This document shows, in pieces, positions 16,423-28,310 of a stretch of DNA of 64,000 bases. Position numbers and translations under genes: made by a program. The first letter of the stretch is position 1. Each line of letters opens with the position of its first letter. The DNA comes from Myxococcales bacterium (GTDB taxonomy: Bacteria > Myxococcota_A > Bradymonadia > UBA7976 > UBA1532). The stretch spans positions 631,788 to 695,787 of the forward strand of contig JACKDP010000002.1 of assembly GCA_020633435.1 (NCBI GenBank). The letters run 5' to 3'. The notes under the pieces were generated by a model. It made no database searches, was not told the DNA's origin, and worked only from the letters and a program-made list of their open reading frames with translations.

Positions 16423-17679
16423 TCAGTCCTCGCCCGCCGGCTCGATGGGCGACACCCGCAGCGACAGCAGCACCCGCGACGCCCGGTCGGCGTGCACGGC
16501 CTGCACGACGGCCGTCATGTCGTCCCCCAGCGTCACCTCGTCGCCGATGCGGGGCAGGCGCCCGAGGCGGTGGACGATGAGGCCCGTGAGGGTGTCCACC
16601 TCCAGATCGTCCTCGAACTCGATCTCCAGGCGGGACTCGATCTCAGCCAGCGGCATGAGCCCCTGGATGAGGTAGCGCCCATCGCCCTCGTCGATGAGGT
16701 TCGGCTCCTCGGTGTCGAACTCGTCCTGCACCGAGCCCACGAGCTGCTCGAGCACGTTCTCCAGCGTCACCACCCCCACGGCCGTCCCGAACTCGTCGAC
16801 GACGAGGACCATATGGGAGCGCTCCCGCCGCATCAGGCGCAGCAGGTCGGGCAGCAGGACCGTCTCGGGCACCCGCAGCATCCGGTGCGCGAGCGTCTGC
16901 AGGTCGACCGGCCCCTGGGGATCGATGAGCGTCAGGTCCTTGACGTGGATGAGGCCCACCACGTCGTCGAGGGACTCCTTGCACAGCGGGTAGCGCGTGT
17001 GGCGGTGCCGCCGGACGATCTCGAGGCAGTGCGTCAGCGTCCACTGAGGAAACAGCGTCACGACGTCGCGGCGCGGCACCATGATCTGCCGGGCGCGCGT
17101 CTCGTCGAAGCGGAACACGTTGGTGAGCAGCGTCAGCTCCTGGGCGCTGACCTCGCCGGACTCCACGCCCATGCGGATCATCGCCAGGATCTCGTCCTCG
17201 GTGGTGATCACCGGCGGCGCGCGCCGGGTGAAGACCTTGGAGACGTGCAGGGTGATGGCCACGAACGGGCGCATCACCTGCATCGTGGCCCAGAGGGGCG
17301 TGGCCACCCACGGCCAGAGCCCGTGCCAGCGCGTCGCCCCCAGCGTCTTGGGCAGGATCTCCGAGAGGAAGAGGATGCCCAGCGTGAGGAAGACGGAGAA
17401 GAGCGGCAGCAGCCCCACCCCGAGCACCTCGGTGGCCTGCATGCCCGCGAAGGTGGCGCCGGCGGTGTTGGCGACGGTGTTGAGGATGAGGATCGCCGCC
17501 GTGGGGGCGGAGATGTTCTCCTTCATCTGGAGGAAGCGCGTCGCCGCCTTCACGTGCCGTCCGTCGCCCCGGGCGGCGTCCAGCGTCGTGGCGCGCGTCG
17601 AGTAGAGCGTCGCCTCCATCAATGAACACAGCGCCGACACCAGGAGGGTTGCGACGACCAGGACGACCAGCAGGCTCAC
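16423..17679 (-). CDS. HlyC/CorC (TlyC) family transporter: DUF21 membrane domain + CBS pair + CorC_HlyC C-terminal domain
   Basis: In-frame GTG at 17679 preceded by GAGGAG. The N-terminus VSLLVVLVVATLLVSALCSLMEATLYS is the DUF21 signature, followed by two CBS motifs and a CorC-type C-terminus (LIQGLMPLAEIESRLEIEFED...TLTGLIV). The 146 codons upstream in the ORF are Gly/Asp-rich and lack membrane character. Confidence 0.85.
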   Translation of the reverse strand: MSLLVVLVVATLLVSALCSLMEATLYSTRATTLDAARGDGRHVKAATRFLQMKENISAPTAAILILNTVANTAGATFAGMQATEVLGVGLLPLFSVFLTLGILFLSEILPKTLGATRWHGLWPWVATPLWATMQVMRPFVAITLHVSKVFTRRAPPVITTEDEILAMIRMGVESGEVSAQELTLLTNVFRFDETRARQIMVPRRDVVTLFPQWTLTHCLEIVRRHRHTRYPLCKESLDDVVGLIHVKDLTLIDPQGPVDLQTLAHRMLRVPETVLLPDLLRLMRRERSHMVLVVDEFGTAVGVVTLENVLEQLVGSVQDEFDTEEPNLIDEGDGRYLIQGLMPLAEIESRLEIEFEDDLEVDTLTGLIVHRLGRLPRIGDEVTLGDDMTAVVQAVHADRASRVLLSLRVSPIEPAGED

Positions 17680-17823
17680 CAGCGCTCCTCGCGAAGGGCC
17701 GGAAGCTAGCGTGATTCGTTGGGGAATGCACCAGAAAGGAGGCGTGCGGGGCCGCCGATTCGAGCCGGTTGAAACGGCGGACCGTCTCGACCATGCTCCG
17801 ACCGTCGCCCGGAGGAGGTCGCC

Positions 17824-18228
17824 ATGGCCCAGGCCGTCACGCTGCCCAACGGGGTGCAGCTCATCAAGTGGACCCGGCAGGAAGAGCCCACCGCCGAGAC
17901 CGTCGCCGCCGAGATGGCGGCCTTCGGCTACGGCGTCTACGACCTGCAGACGGTGCCCGGCTGGTTCAACCGCAGCCGGCACGCCCATGACGAGCCCGAG
18001 ATCCGCGGCGCCGTCTCTGGCGTGATCACCTTTCATTTCGATGACTTCCCCGTCACCATCGAGGGGGGCGACATCCTGCTGATCCCCGGCGGGCTCGCCC
18101 ACGAGGTCATCGTGCACAACCCGCGCCCCTTCCAGGCCTACAAGGGCTCCGAGAGCGGCGTCCGCCGCGTCACGGAGCTGGGCGATGGCAAGGGCAGCGT
18201 CGAAGACCTGGCTGGAGGCCGCTCATGA
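17824..18228 (+). CDS. cupin-domain protein
   Basis: GGAGGAGG RBS. The conserved cupin motif-2 region is present (ITFHFDDFPVTIEGGDILLIPGGLAHEV). The stop overlaps the start of the next gene (ATGA). Confidence 0.6.
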   Translation: MAQAVTLPNGVQLIKWTRQEEPTAETVAAEMAAFGYGVYDLQTVPGWFNRSRHAHDEPEIRGAVSGVITFHFDDFPVTIEGGDILLIPGGLAHEVIVHNPRPFQAYKGSESGVRRVTELGDGKGSVEDLAGGRS

Positions 18229-18920
18229 CCCTCATCGCGCTGGATCTGGATGGCACCCTCGAAGACAGCCGCGCCGACATGGTGGCGGCCATCCACCGCG
18301 TCCGCGCCGCCCTCGGGCTGCCCGAGCGCCCGGACGCCGACCTGGAGCCGTTCGTCTCCAAGGGCATGGACACCCTGTACCTGCGCTGCTTCGACGACTT
18401 CGGCGTGGCCGACGACCCCGGGCGCTACGCCCGCGTCGAGGCCGCCTATGAGAACGACTACCTGGCCAACGTGGCCATCACCACCCGCCTGTACCCCGGC
18501 ATCCGGGCCGCGCTGCGCGACCTCTCCGAGCTGGGCACGCTGGCGGTGGTGACGAACAAGCCCGAGCGCATCTCCCGCGCCCTGCTGCAGGCCCTCGACA
18601 TCGCGCCCTTCTTCGCCACCGTCATCGGCGGCGACACCTGCGCCGAGTCCAAGCCGAGCCCGCTGATGCTGGCCACCGCCGCCGCGAAGGTGGGCCTCAC
18701 CCACGACCGCGCGGTGATGATCGGCGACTCCGGGGGCGACGTCGTGATGGGCCGGGCCTACGGGGCCATCACCATCTGGTGCGCCTGGGGCTACGCCCGG
18801 GCCATCACCGAGCACCCCGACCACGTCGCGCGCACGCCCGACGAGCTCGCCGGCATCGTGCAGGACGCCATCTCGTCCGTGTCGACCCTCTCGGGGCTGC
18901 AGGCCCGCCAGGCCCGCTAG
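18225..18920 (+). CDS. HAD-family hydrolase (phosphoglycolate-phosphatase-like)
   Basis: HAD motifs are all present: motif I LIALDLDGTL, motif II VVTNKP, and motifs III-IV K...MIGDSGGDV. Confidence 0.8.
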   Translation: MTLIALDLDGTLEDSRADMVAAIHRVRAALGLPERPDADLEPFVSKGMDTLYLRCFDDFGVADDPGRYARVEAAYENDYLANVAITTRLYPGIRAALRDLSELGTLAVVTNKPERISRALLQALDIAPFFATVIGGDTCAESKPSPLMLATAAAKVGLTHDRAVMIGDSGGDVVMGRAYGAITIWCAWGYARAITEHPDHVARTPDELAGIVQDAISSVSTLSGLQARQAR

Positions 18921-18947
18921 CCAGGCCCGTCAGGCCCGCTGGACGGC

Positions 18948-19718
18948 TCACCCGATCAGCGCCTCGACGGCCGCGGCCGCCGCCGCGAAGCCGAACGTCC
19001 CCGTCACGAAGGCCGCCGTCCCGAAGCCCGAGGCGCAGTCGAGGCGCAGGCTCTTGTCCTTGGGGACCTCGCAGATGGTGCCGTCCGCCCCCGGGAAGAC
19101 GGGGCGCTCGCGGCTGAACACCGCGGGGATGCCCCAGGGCCCCTCCTCGGGGAAGCCGTGCTCCCGGCGCAGCAGCCGGCGCACCTCGCGCAGCAGGCCG
19201 TCCTGCACGCTCGCCGCCAGGTCCCCGCGCATGACGGACGCCGGATCACGGCGGCCGCCGGCGCCGCCGACCGTCACCACCGGCACCCCCGCCCCCTGGC
19301 AGCGGCTCAGCAGCAGCGCCTTGTTGCGCGGGTGATCGATGGCGTCCACCACGCAGTCGAACCCCGGCGCCAGCAGCGTGTCCGCCGTCCGCTCGGTGAA
19401 GAACGCCGCCACGGGGCGGACGAGGCAGCCGGGGTGGATGAGCGCCACCCGCGCCGCCATCGCCTCGACCTTCGCGCGGCCCACCTGCCCCTCGACGGCG
19501 TGGAGCTGCCGGTTGGTGTTGGTGATGCAGATGTCGTCCAGGTCGATGAGGGTCAGCCGCCCGACGCCGGTGCGAGCCAGGGCCTCGACCGTCCACGAGC
19601 CGACCCCGCCGATCCCGACGACGGCGACGTGGGCCGCGGCCAGGCGCTGGCGGCCCGCTCGCCCATACAGGCGCTCGATGCCGCCAAACCGCGGATCTTC
19701 CTCGGGAATCTGCTCCAC
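18948..19718 (-). CDS. tcdA: tRNA threonylcarbamoyladenosine dehydratase (ThiF/MoeB E1-like, TcdA/CsdL family)
   Basis: FGGIERLYG...AHVAVVGIGGVGSW (Rossmann GxGxxG) and DLDDICITNTNRQ. GTG start at 19718 lies directly after the stop of the upstream gene. The earlier part of the long ORF (to 19961) overlaps that gene. Confidence 0.75.
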   Translation of the reverse strand: MEQIPEEDPRFGGIERLYGRAGRQRLAAAHVAVVGIGGVGSWTVEALARTGVGRLTLIDLDDICITNTNRQLHAVEGQVGRAKVEAMAARVALIHPGCLVRPVAAFFTERTADTLLAPGFDCVVDAIDHPRNKALLLSRCQGAGVPVVTVGGAGGRRDPASVMRGDLAASVQDGLLREVRRLLRREHGFPEEGPWGIPAVFSRERPVFPGADGTICEVPKDKSLRLDCASGFGTAAFVTGTFGFAAAAAAVEALIG

Positions 19719-19719
19719 G

Positions 19720-20430
19720 TCAGGCGTCTTCCCAGAGCGCGAAGGTCGCGCCCGTCGGATCGGCCAGCACCGCGAACCGGCCCATGCCCGGCAGCGGCGT
19801 CGGCGGCACGAAGACGCGGCCGCCCAGCGCGCGGGCTGCCGCCGTGCGCTCGGCCACGGAGGCGACCTTGAAGTAGGGCAGCCAGGCGTCGCGCTCCTCC
19901 TCCGGCCCCCCGGGCTTCTGCATGATGGAGGCGAAGGGCTCGCCCTCGACGGCGAACACATGGGCGGCCCCCTCCAGCGCGGCGGCGTCCCAGCCGTAGA
20001 CGGCCGCGTAGAGCGGCGCGGCCGCCTCGGCGTCGCGGGTGAGGAGCTGGACCCAGGCCAGGCAGGCGGGCGCCTCGCTGGCGCCCCCCGCGAGGGGGGA
20101 GGTCACGGCGCCGGTGGCGTCCTCGACCACGGCGAAGCGCCCGATGGGCAGGTCCATCGGCGGGACGCAGACCTGGCCCCCGGCCTCCACCACCCGGGCG
20201 CACGCGGCGTCGGTGTCGGCGACGCTGACGTAGCCGATCCAGTGGGACGGGTGCCCGGGCTCCATGGGCATCAGCCAGCCGACCGGCGCCCCGTCGGCGT
20301 GCATGGTGGGGGCGAAGTCCCCCGCGGCCTGCTCGAACGTCCAGCCGAAGAGGCCAGCGTAGAACGCCCGCGCCTCGGCCGGCGCCGTCGTCATCAAGTC
20401 GAAGCGGACGAACCGCCCAGGGGTCTGCAT
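19720..20430 (-). CDS. VOC (glyoxalase/bleomycin-resistance fold) family protein, two tandem VOC modules
   Basis: Two repeated beta-alpha-beta-beta-beta modules: FYAGLFGWTF...HWIGYVSVADTD...GGQV and LYAAVYGWDA...PYFKVASVA...GGRV. Confidence 0.65.
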   Translation of the reverse strand: MQTPGRFVRFDLMTTAPAEARAFYAGLFGWTFEQAAGDFAPTMHADGAPVGWLMPMEPGHPSHWIGYVSVADTDAACARVVEAGGQVCVPPMDLPIGRFAVVEDATGAVTSPLAGGASEAPACLAWVQLLTRDAEAAAPLYAAVYGWDAAALEGAAHVFAVEGEPFASIMQKPGGPEEERDAWLPYFKVASVAERTAAARALGGRVFVPPTPLPGMGRFAVLADPTGATFALWEDA

Positions 20431-20490
20431 CGCTTGCCTCCCGCGTGAGGCGCGAATTCTGCGCGCCCCGGCCGCCGCCGTAAACCCCGG

Positions 20491-21693
20491 TCAGTCCCCG
20501 AAGATCGTCCGGGCCAGCCGCTCGCCGAGGGCGTGGATGAAGGGGTCGGCGACCTGGTCGTAAGCGTACGCGCCGTCGTTCATGACGCGGTTGGGGTTGG
20601 CCAGCACGTTCACCGTGAGGAAGAACCCCTTCTTGGTCTTCGTGTCGACGACGTAGGCGTTCTCGATGCGGAAGCCATACGCCTTGCCGGCCTTGCTGTA
20701 GATGGTCCAGCGCTCCAGGGGGCCGACCCGCAGCAGGCCGCCGAGCACCGGCTTGAAGCGGCGAGGGTTGTACTTGTCCTCGGGGTAGACCGGGTCGGTC
20801 GACTCCCCCGGCCGCTGCCGCATGGCCTCCACCAGGAACTTCCGATCCGCCTCCTCCAGGCCGAAGCCCGGGAGGCCCAGATCCACGTCGGGGCGGGTGA
20901 TCATGACGAGCATGTTCTGCAGGTCCACGAGGGACATGCGGTTCTTCTCGGCGAAGGACATGGGCGCCTCCACCCGCTTGCCGGTCCCCGGCTCCAGGTA
21001 GGCGTCCCCCACCTCGACCCGCGGCATCGCGGCCGCCGGCAGAGCCAGCGCGCTGGTGGCCTCGGGCAGCGTCACGACGCCCCCCTTCGCGGCCAGGTCG
21101 ATGCGCGGCGTCTTGCGGTTCTCGTCGGTGGACAGGATGCGCGACAAGCGGTGGGTGAAGACCGTGCCGCTCAGCCCGGCGGCCTGCATCCGGCGGTTGA
21201 GGCCCTCGTGGCCCGAGAGCTCGTACAGGCGGTTGAAGGCCTCGTTGCTCGACACGATGGACATCTGCCGGATGAGGTGGCCCAGCGTGACCTTGCCGCC
21301 GTCGACGTGGCTGGCGTCCAGCCGGAAGACGCGCTCGCCGGGCAGCACCGGGTGGAACGTCAACGGCGTGTCGAGGCCCACCTGCTTGCCCGCCTTGCGC
21401 AGCTCGGCGAAGCGCTGCAGGGCCGCCACCGCCCCGCACGTCTTGACGGCGCTGGCCGGGTAGAAGTACTCGGCGTCCACCCGAAAACCGTGTCTTTCCA
21501 GCACCTTGCGTCCGCCTTTCTCCTTCACCACGCTCACCAGGATCTGGACGCGGTGCTCGGCGGCCTGGGCGGGATCGCGGGCGATGTCGAAGCCCTCCCC
21601 CACCATCAGGCCCGGCAGCCAGTCGTCGTCGAGGGGGTGGGCCAGCGCCGGCGAGGCCAGCGCGACGAGGGCGGCGAGGAGCAGGGTGCGCAT
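20491..21693 (-). CDS. secreted serine hydrolase, class A beta-lactamase-like (SxxK, SxN, KxG motifs)
   Basis: Internal ATG at 21693 gives the signal peptide MRTLLLAALVALASPALA. The three active-site elements are FYPASAVKTCGAV (S-x-x-K), VSSN (S-x-N) and KAGKAYG (K-[ST/A]-G-like). Confidence 0.7.
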   Translation of the reverse strand: MRTLLLAALVALASPALAHPLDDDWLPGLMVGEGFDIARDPAQAAEHRVQILVSVVKEKGGRKVLERHGFRVDAEYFYPASAVKTCGAVAALQRFAELRKAGKQVGLDTPLTFHPVLPGERVFRLDASHVDGGKVTLGHLIRQMSIVSSNEAFNRLYELSGHEGLNRRMQAAGLSGTVFTHRLSRILSTDENRKTPRIDLAAKGGVVTLPEATSALALPAAAMPRVEVGDAYLEPGTGKRVEAPMSFAEKNRMSLVDLQNMLVMITRPDVDLGLPGFGLEEADRKFLVEAMRQRPGESTDPVYPEDKYNPRRFKPVLGGLLRVGPLERWTIYSKAGKAYGFRIENAYVVDTKTKKGFFLTVNVLANPNRVMNDGAYAYDQVADPFIHALGERLARTIFGD

Positions 21694-21775
21694 GGCGGCC
21701 AGTCTTGGCGACTCGCCCCGGGATGTCCAGCGGGCGGGCGTTGACGCCCCCGAGGCGGTGCGGTACGTCGGCGCC

Positions 21776-23097
<1,322 letters not shown>

Positions 23098-23098
<1 letters not shown>

Positions 23099-24606
23099 TG
23101 CGCGCCCTCGCCCTCGCCCTGGTCGCCGCCACCCTCGCCGCGTGCGGCGCGGCCCCCACCGCCCCCGGGCCCGCCGCCGGCCCCCGCTTCGTCGTGCAGG
23201 AGGCCGCCGCCAACCCGCTCGTGGCCATCCGCCTCGTCTTCGAGGTGGGCGCCGTCGACGATCCCCCCGGCAAGGAGGGCCTGGCCGCCCTCACCGGCGC
23301 CATGCTGGCCGAGGCCGGCTCGGCGAAGCGGACGTACGCCGAGCTGCTCGACGCCCTCTACCCGATGGCCGCCCGCCTCGATCTGCATGTGGATCGGGAG
23401 CTGACGACGCTGTCGGGCACCGTCCACCGCGACAACCTGGACGCCTACGTCGACCTGCTGCTCGACCAGGTGCTCACCCCGCGCTTCGACGCCGCCGACT
23501 TCACCCGCCTGCGGGAGCGCGCCCTCGACGCCCTGACGAAGACGCTGCGCAGCGAGGACGACGAGGCGCTGGGCAAGGAGGCGCTCGAAGCCGCCCTGTA
23601 CGCGGGCCACCCGTACGGGCACCCGGTCGTCGGCACCGAGGCCGGGCTGCGGGCCATCACCCTGGACGACGTGCGGGCCTTCCACGCCCAGCAGCTCACC
23701 CAGGCCCGCCTCATCGTGGGGCTGGGGGGTGGCGTGCCCCCGGGCCTCGCCGACCGCCTGCGCGCCCGGCTGGCGGCGCTCCCCGCCACCGGCCCGGCCC
23801 GCGCGGCCCTGCCGCCGGCGCCGGCCCTCGTCGGCCAGCACCTCTTCCTGGTGGACAAGCCCGGCCGCTCCACGGCCATCTCCATCGGCCATCCCCTTGG
23901 AATCACTCGGAAAGACCCGGACTTCATCCCGCTGTTCCTGGCCGCCAGCTACCTGGGCGAGCACCGGACGTTCAACGGCGTCCTCATGCAGAACATGCGC
24001 GGGAAGCGGGGCCTGAACTACGGCGACTACGCCTATGTGGAGGCCTTCGTGCAGGACGGCTGGAGCACCTTGCCCCTCCCCAACATCCTGCGGCAGCAGC
24101 AGCGCTTCGAGATCTGGGTGCGCCCCGTCCCCGCCGACAAGGCCGGCTTCGCGCTGCGCCAGGCCCTCTACGAGACCGACCGCCTGCTCAAGGAGGGCAT
24201 CCCCGAGGCCGGCTTCGAGGAGACCCGCGACTACCTGCTGGCCTTCTCGCGCCTCTGGACGCAGGACGCCGACCGGCGGATCGGCTACGCGGTCGACGGC
24301 GTGCTGGCCGGCGGCGAGCTGGCCGCCGCGCTGCAGGCCCGCCTGCCGACGCTGACCCGGGACGAGGTGAACGCGGCCCTCCGCAAGCACCTGTCCACCG
24401 CGAACCTCGTCGCCGTGCTGGCGGGCCCCGACGCCGCCGCCCTGCAGGCGAAGCTGCTCTCCGGCGAGGCCACCCCGCTGGTCTATGACACCGAGGGCAC
24501 CCCGGCCGAGATCCTGGCCGAGGACAAGATCATCGAGGTCTACCCCCTGGCCCTCGACCCCGCCCGCATCCGCACCGTCCCCGCCGCGACCCTCTTCGAT
24601 CGCTAG
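23098..24606 (+). CDS. M16 family peptidase partner subunit, lipoprotein (no HxxEH; probably non-catalytic or beta-like)
   Basis: Lipobox signal MRALALALVAATLAAC. M16 fold signatures (LTGAMLAEAGSAKRTYAELL, GLGGGVP). Translationally coupled to the upstream M16 gene. Confidence 0.8.
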
Positions 24607-24647
24607 AAGAAAGCCCCGTCATTTCGGCAGGTTGTCGGCCCAGACCT

Positions 24648-27600
24648 CTACTCGCAGCCGAGGGGCGCGATGGAGATGGGCGAGCCGGCCCGGATGAGGT
24701 GCCAGCCGGTCTCCGGGTGCCGGACGATGCGCCCGTGGCCGCTCGCGCCCAGGTCGTCGCGCTCGATGGGCACGCCGTCGGGGGTCATCCACTGGATGAC
24801 CCAGTGGTTCGCCTCGAGATTCGGGAAGAAGCGCTCGTGGTAGATGGCGAAGCGCTCGCCGTCGAAGCGGATGTCCTCCGGGCGGATGTGCGGCTTGTAC
24901 ACCTGCGGCCGGTCCAGCTCGTTGACCTCGACCCGGCGCTCGACGACGCCGGCCCGGTTGATCACCGCGTAGTTCAAGGCCTCCGTGCGGCCGGCGTCCG
25001 CCAGGCGCTGGCGCCAGAAGATGCCGTAGCGCCCGCCGCCCAGCCGGAAGAGGTAGGCGTTGCGGTTGCCAGCCGTAACCATGGCCTCGCCCAGGTCGCG
25101 CCGCGCGCCGTCCGCGGCGCCATCGGCGGTGAGGGGCTGCACGAAGATGTGCGGGCTGCCGAAGTCGACGGTGTTCACCGCGTAGGCCAGCAGGGCGTCG
25201 GCGCCGCCGTCCTCCCAGGCGAGGAACGTCTCCTCGCGGGTGTCCCCATGCGCCTGGCCCACGTCGACGGGGCCCGCCAGGATGGTGCCGAGGCTGTCGA
25301 GGTCGATGCGGGACAGCTGGCGGTAGGCGTTGAAGAGCACGATGAAGCCGCGGCCGCCCACCCGGACCTGCGGGGAGAACCCCTTGCGCCCGCCGCTGAT
25401 GACGGGGTTCTGCCGGGGGATGGGCTGGCCGTCGTAGGTGACGCGCCGGAACGCGATGTCGCGGTTGCCCTGGTTGCTGAAGATGGACCAGGTGATGGCG
25501 TACTGGCCGTCCCCCTCGGCGAGGCTCGGGTAGTACACCGAGCTGGCCGAGTTGCCCCAGGGCGGAAAGTTGGTGCTGCCCAGGCCGTGGGGCCCCGCGG
25601 TGAAGTCGCCCGCCTGATCGATGAGGCCGAAGTCGACGCCATCGCCGGGGTTGCCGGTCACGATGGCCCAGCCGCCGCCGGGGCGCGGGAGGGCGTCGAG
25701 GCAGGTGAAGTTGGCCTGGAGGCCCGGCAGCGGGCGGGCCATCCCGAGGACGCCGGGGGTGTTGCAGGCCACGGCCCCCTGGCAGGCGCCGTCGACGCAG
25801 CGGCCGCCGTCGGCGTCGCAGGCCTCGACGACGCTCCAGTCGGTGCAGCCGTTGGCCTGGCGCACGCAGCGCTCCACCTCGTCGGCCGGGGTGCAGCGCT
25901 GGGCGTCCTGGTCGCAGGCGTCGGCGCAGGCGCGCGCGGCCCCCGGCGAGGGCGGCAAAGGGGCGAAGTCGCGGGCGTTGTCCTGGGTGTCCGTGTGGGC
26001 GGCGTCGCGGCTGAGCGACTCGGCCACGTCGGGCTCGGGCACCGGCGTCCCCTCGCCGGCGAAGGTGTCCGCCACGCCGAACAGGCCGTAGCCCAACGCA
26101 TCGAGCACCCGCGCGCCAAACCGGAGCTGGACGCTGTCGGGGCCGTTCTGGAAGTCGACGGCCCGGTCGAGCTGGTCCGCCTGGGCGGCCAGCGCGGGCG
26201 CCGCGTCCGGGTGGGCGACGACGTAGAAGCCGTCGCCCGGGATGGTCCCCGTCAGCAGGATCTGCGCGTAATCACTGCCATTCGAGCCGTTGACGCCCAC
26301 CAGGGTGGCGCCGGTCAGGTCGGTGCCCGGGGGGCCGTGGAGCTCCACGAACACGCCCGGCGCGTCGGCCCCGTCGATGTCGTACAGGATCTCGTTGATG
26401 ACGACGCCGACCGGCGCGGGCCGGGCGACGCAGTCGTCAACATCGCAGCGCTCCGTCGGCTGGCAGGCCTCCAGGCCGCTCCACTCCAGGCAGGGATCGG
26501 CGTCGAAGTTGCCGCAGGTCTGGCGGCGGCCGGCGTCGGCGCACCGGGTCTCGCCGGGGGCGCACTGGTCGTCGCACTGGATCTGGCAGGCCCCGCCCTC
26601 GCAGGCCTCGCCGGCGCCGCAGGCCGCGCCGCCGCCGTACTCCAGGCACGGGTCGGCGTCGAAGTCGCCGCAGACCTCGAAGCCGTCGCCCAGGCAGCGC
26701 CGGTCGCCCTCGCCGCACTCGTCGACGCACACCGGCACGCAGGCCCCGGCCTGGCAGGCCTCGGCGGCCCCGCAGGGCGTGGGCCCCGACCAGTCGCGGC
26801 AGGCGTCGGCGTCGAACTGGCCGCAGCGGCGCACGCCGTCGGGCACGCAGTCGGTCGCGCCGGCCACGCAGTCGTCCACGCAGTCGAGCCGGCACTGCCC
26901 GTTGGAGCAGCTCTGGCCTTCGGGGCACGCCAGCGCCGCGCCGAACTCCAGGCAGCCGTCGGCGTCGTGGTCGGCGCAGGTGCCGAGCTGGCCGCCCTCG
27001 CACCGCGTCGCCCCCGGCGCGCACTCGTCCACGCAGTCAGGCACGCAGAGGCCCTCGCCCTCGCAGCGCTCGCCGGCGCCGCACGGCACCGCCGCGCTCC
27101 ACTCGGTGCAGGGGTCGTCGTCCTGGTCGGCGCAGATCTGCACGCCGTCGCCCTGGCAGCGCAGGCTGCCCGCGACGCACTCGTCGTCGCAGGGCTGGGC
27201 CACGTCGACGCAGGCGCCGTTGTCGCAGCGCTGGTCGGCGCCGCAGGGCATGCCCGGGCTGTACTCCAGGCAGGGATCGGCGTTGAAGTTCCCACAGATT
27301 TCAACGCCTTGCGGACCACAGCGGGTCGCCCCGGCGGCGCAGGCGTCGGCGCAGACGGGCACGCAGGCCCCCGCCTCGCAGCGCTCGAAGCCGGCGCAGG
27401 GCACCCGCGCCGAGAGCTCCCGGCAGGGATCGGCGTCGTACTGGCCGCAGCGGCGGAAGCCCGCGCCGTCGGGCTCGCACTCCAGGTCGCCGTCGGTGTC
27501 GCAGGCGTCCTGGCAGGCCTCGGCCTCGGGGACGCACGCGCCGTCGTCGCACCGCTCCATCGCGCCGCACGGGGTCACGGGCCCGAAGGCCAGGCAGGCG

Positions 27601-28247
27601 TCGGCGGCGGCCCGGCCGCAGGTCACGAAGCCCTCGGCCTCGCAGCGCACCTCGCCGGCCGCGCAGGCGTCGACGCAGTCGGGCACGCACTCGCCCTCGC
27701 CCTGGCAGGACGACCCGGCGCCGCAGGGCGTCGTCGGCGACCAGTCCAGGCAGGCGTCCTCGTCGAACTGGCCGCAGCGGCGATAGCCGCCCTCCGCGCA
27801 GGCCCGCACCCCGTCGGCCGGGCAGGCGTCCTCGCAGGCCTGCCCCGCCGGCACGCACGCGCCGCCGTCGCAGCGCTCGTCGGCCGCGCAGGCCACGGGC
27901 GCGCCCAGCTCCAGGCAGCCATCTCCGTCGGTGTCCTCGCAGACGCGGCGGCCCCCGGCGCCGCAGAGCGCCTCGCCCTCGGCGCACTCGCTGCGGCAGG
28001 TGGCCTCGCAGACGCCGTCCGCGCACCGCGACCCCGCGGGGCACTCGGCGTCGCCGCCCCACTCCGGGCAGCCGTCGCCGTCCAGGTCGGCGCAGATCTG
28101 GGTCTGGCCCGCCGGGCCGCACTGGCGAGCGCCGACCGCGCAGGGCGCCTGACAGGCGACCCCCTGGTCCACCGCGGGCGGCGCCGCCGTCGTCCCGCCA
28201 TCGTCACAGCCCAGGAGGCCCACGGCCAGCAGCCACCACCTCTTCAT
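24648..28247 (-). CDS. giant lipoprotein (1199 aa): about 12 tandem ~45-aa Cys-rich repeats, a lamin-tail domain (LTD) and a large C-terminal beta-rich domain
   Basis: Lipobox signal MKRWWLLAVGLLGC. Repeats follow the pattern C-x-x-G-x-x-R-C-x(6-8)-C-x-D-x-D-x-D-x-C-L-E-x(6)-C-x(5)-C-x-x-G-x-C. The LTD is VVINEILYDIDGADAPGVFVELHGPPGTDLTGATLVGVNGSNG. The antisense ORF 24699..28283 is Ala/Gly-rich low-complexity. Confidence 0.75.
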   Translation of the reverse strand: MKRWWLLAVGLLGCDDGGTTAAPPAVDQGVACQAPCAVGARQCGPAGQTQICADLDGDGCPEWGGDAECPAGSRCADGVCEATCRSECAEGEALCGAGGRRVCEDTDGDGCLELGAPVACAADERCDGGACVPAGQACEDACPADGVRACAEGGYRRCGQFDEDACLDWSPTTPCGAGSSCQGEGECVPDCVDACAAGEVRCEAEGFVTCGRAAADACLAFGPVTPCGAMERCDDGACVPEAEACQDACDTDGDLECEPDGAGFRRCGQYDADPCRELSARVPCAGFERCEAGACVPVCADACAAGATRCGPQGVEICGNFNADPCLEYSPGMPCGADQRCDNGACVDVAQPCDDECVAGSLRCQGDGVQICADQDDDPCTEWSAAVPCGAGERCEGEGLCVPDCVDECAPGATRCEGGQLGTCADHDADGCLEFGAALACPEGQSCSNGQCRLDCVDDCVAGATDCVPDGVRRCGQFDADACRDWSGPTPCGAAEACQAGACVPVCVDECGEGDRRCLGDGFEVCGDFDADPCLEYGGGAACGAGEACEGGACQIQCDDQCAPGETRCADAGRRQTCGNFDADPCLEWSGLEACQPTERCDVDDCVARPAPVGVVINEILYDIDGADAPGVFVELHGPPGTDLTGATLVGVNGSNGSDYAQILLTGTIPGDGFYVVAHPDAAPALAAQADQLDRAVDFQNGPDSVQLRFGARVLDALGYGLFGVADTFAGEGTPVPEPDVAESLSRDAAHTDTQDNARDFAPLPPSPGAARACADACDQDAQRCTPADEVERCVRQANGCTDWSVVEACDADGGRCVDGACQGAVACNTPGVLGMARPLPGLQANFTCLDALPRPGGGWAIVTGNPGDGVDFGLIDQAGDFTAGPHGLGSTNFPPWGNSASSVYYPSLAEGDGQYAITWSIFSNQGNRDIAFRRVTYDGQPIPRQNPVISGGRKGFSPQVRVGGRGFIVLFNAYRQLSRIDLDSLGTILAGPVDVGQAHGDTREETFLAWEDGGADALLAYAVNTVDFGSPHIFVQPLTADGAADGARRDLGEAMVTAGNRNAYLFRLGGGRYGIFWRQRLADAGRTEALNYAVINRAGVVERRVEVNELDRPQVYKPHIRPEDIRFDGERFAIYHERFFPNLEANHWVIQWMTPDGVPIERDDLGASGHGRIVRHPETGWHLIRAGSPISIAPLGCE

Positions 28248-28310
28248 GCGCGCTCCCCCGTCGAAAGTCGGCGCGCACCATAGTGAATCCGGCGAGGCAG
28301 GGGAACCGGG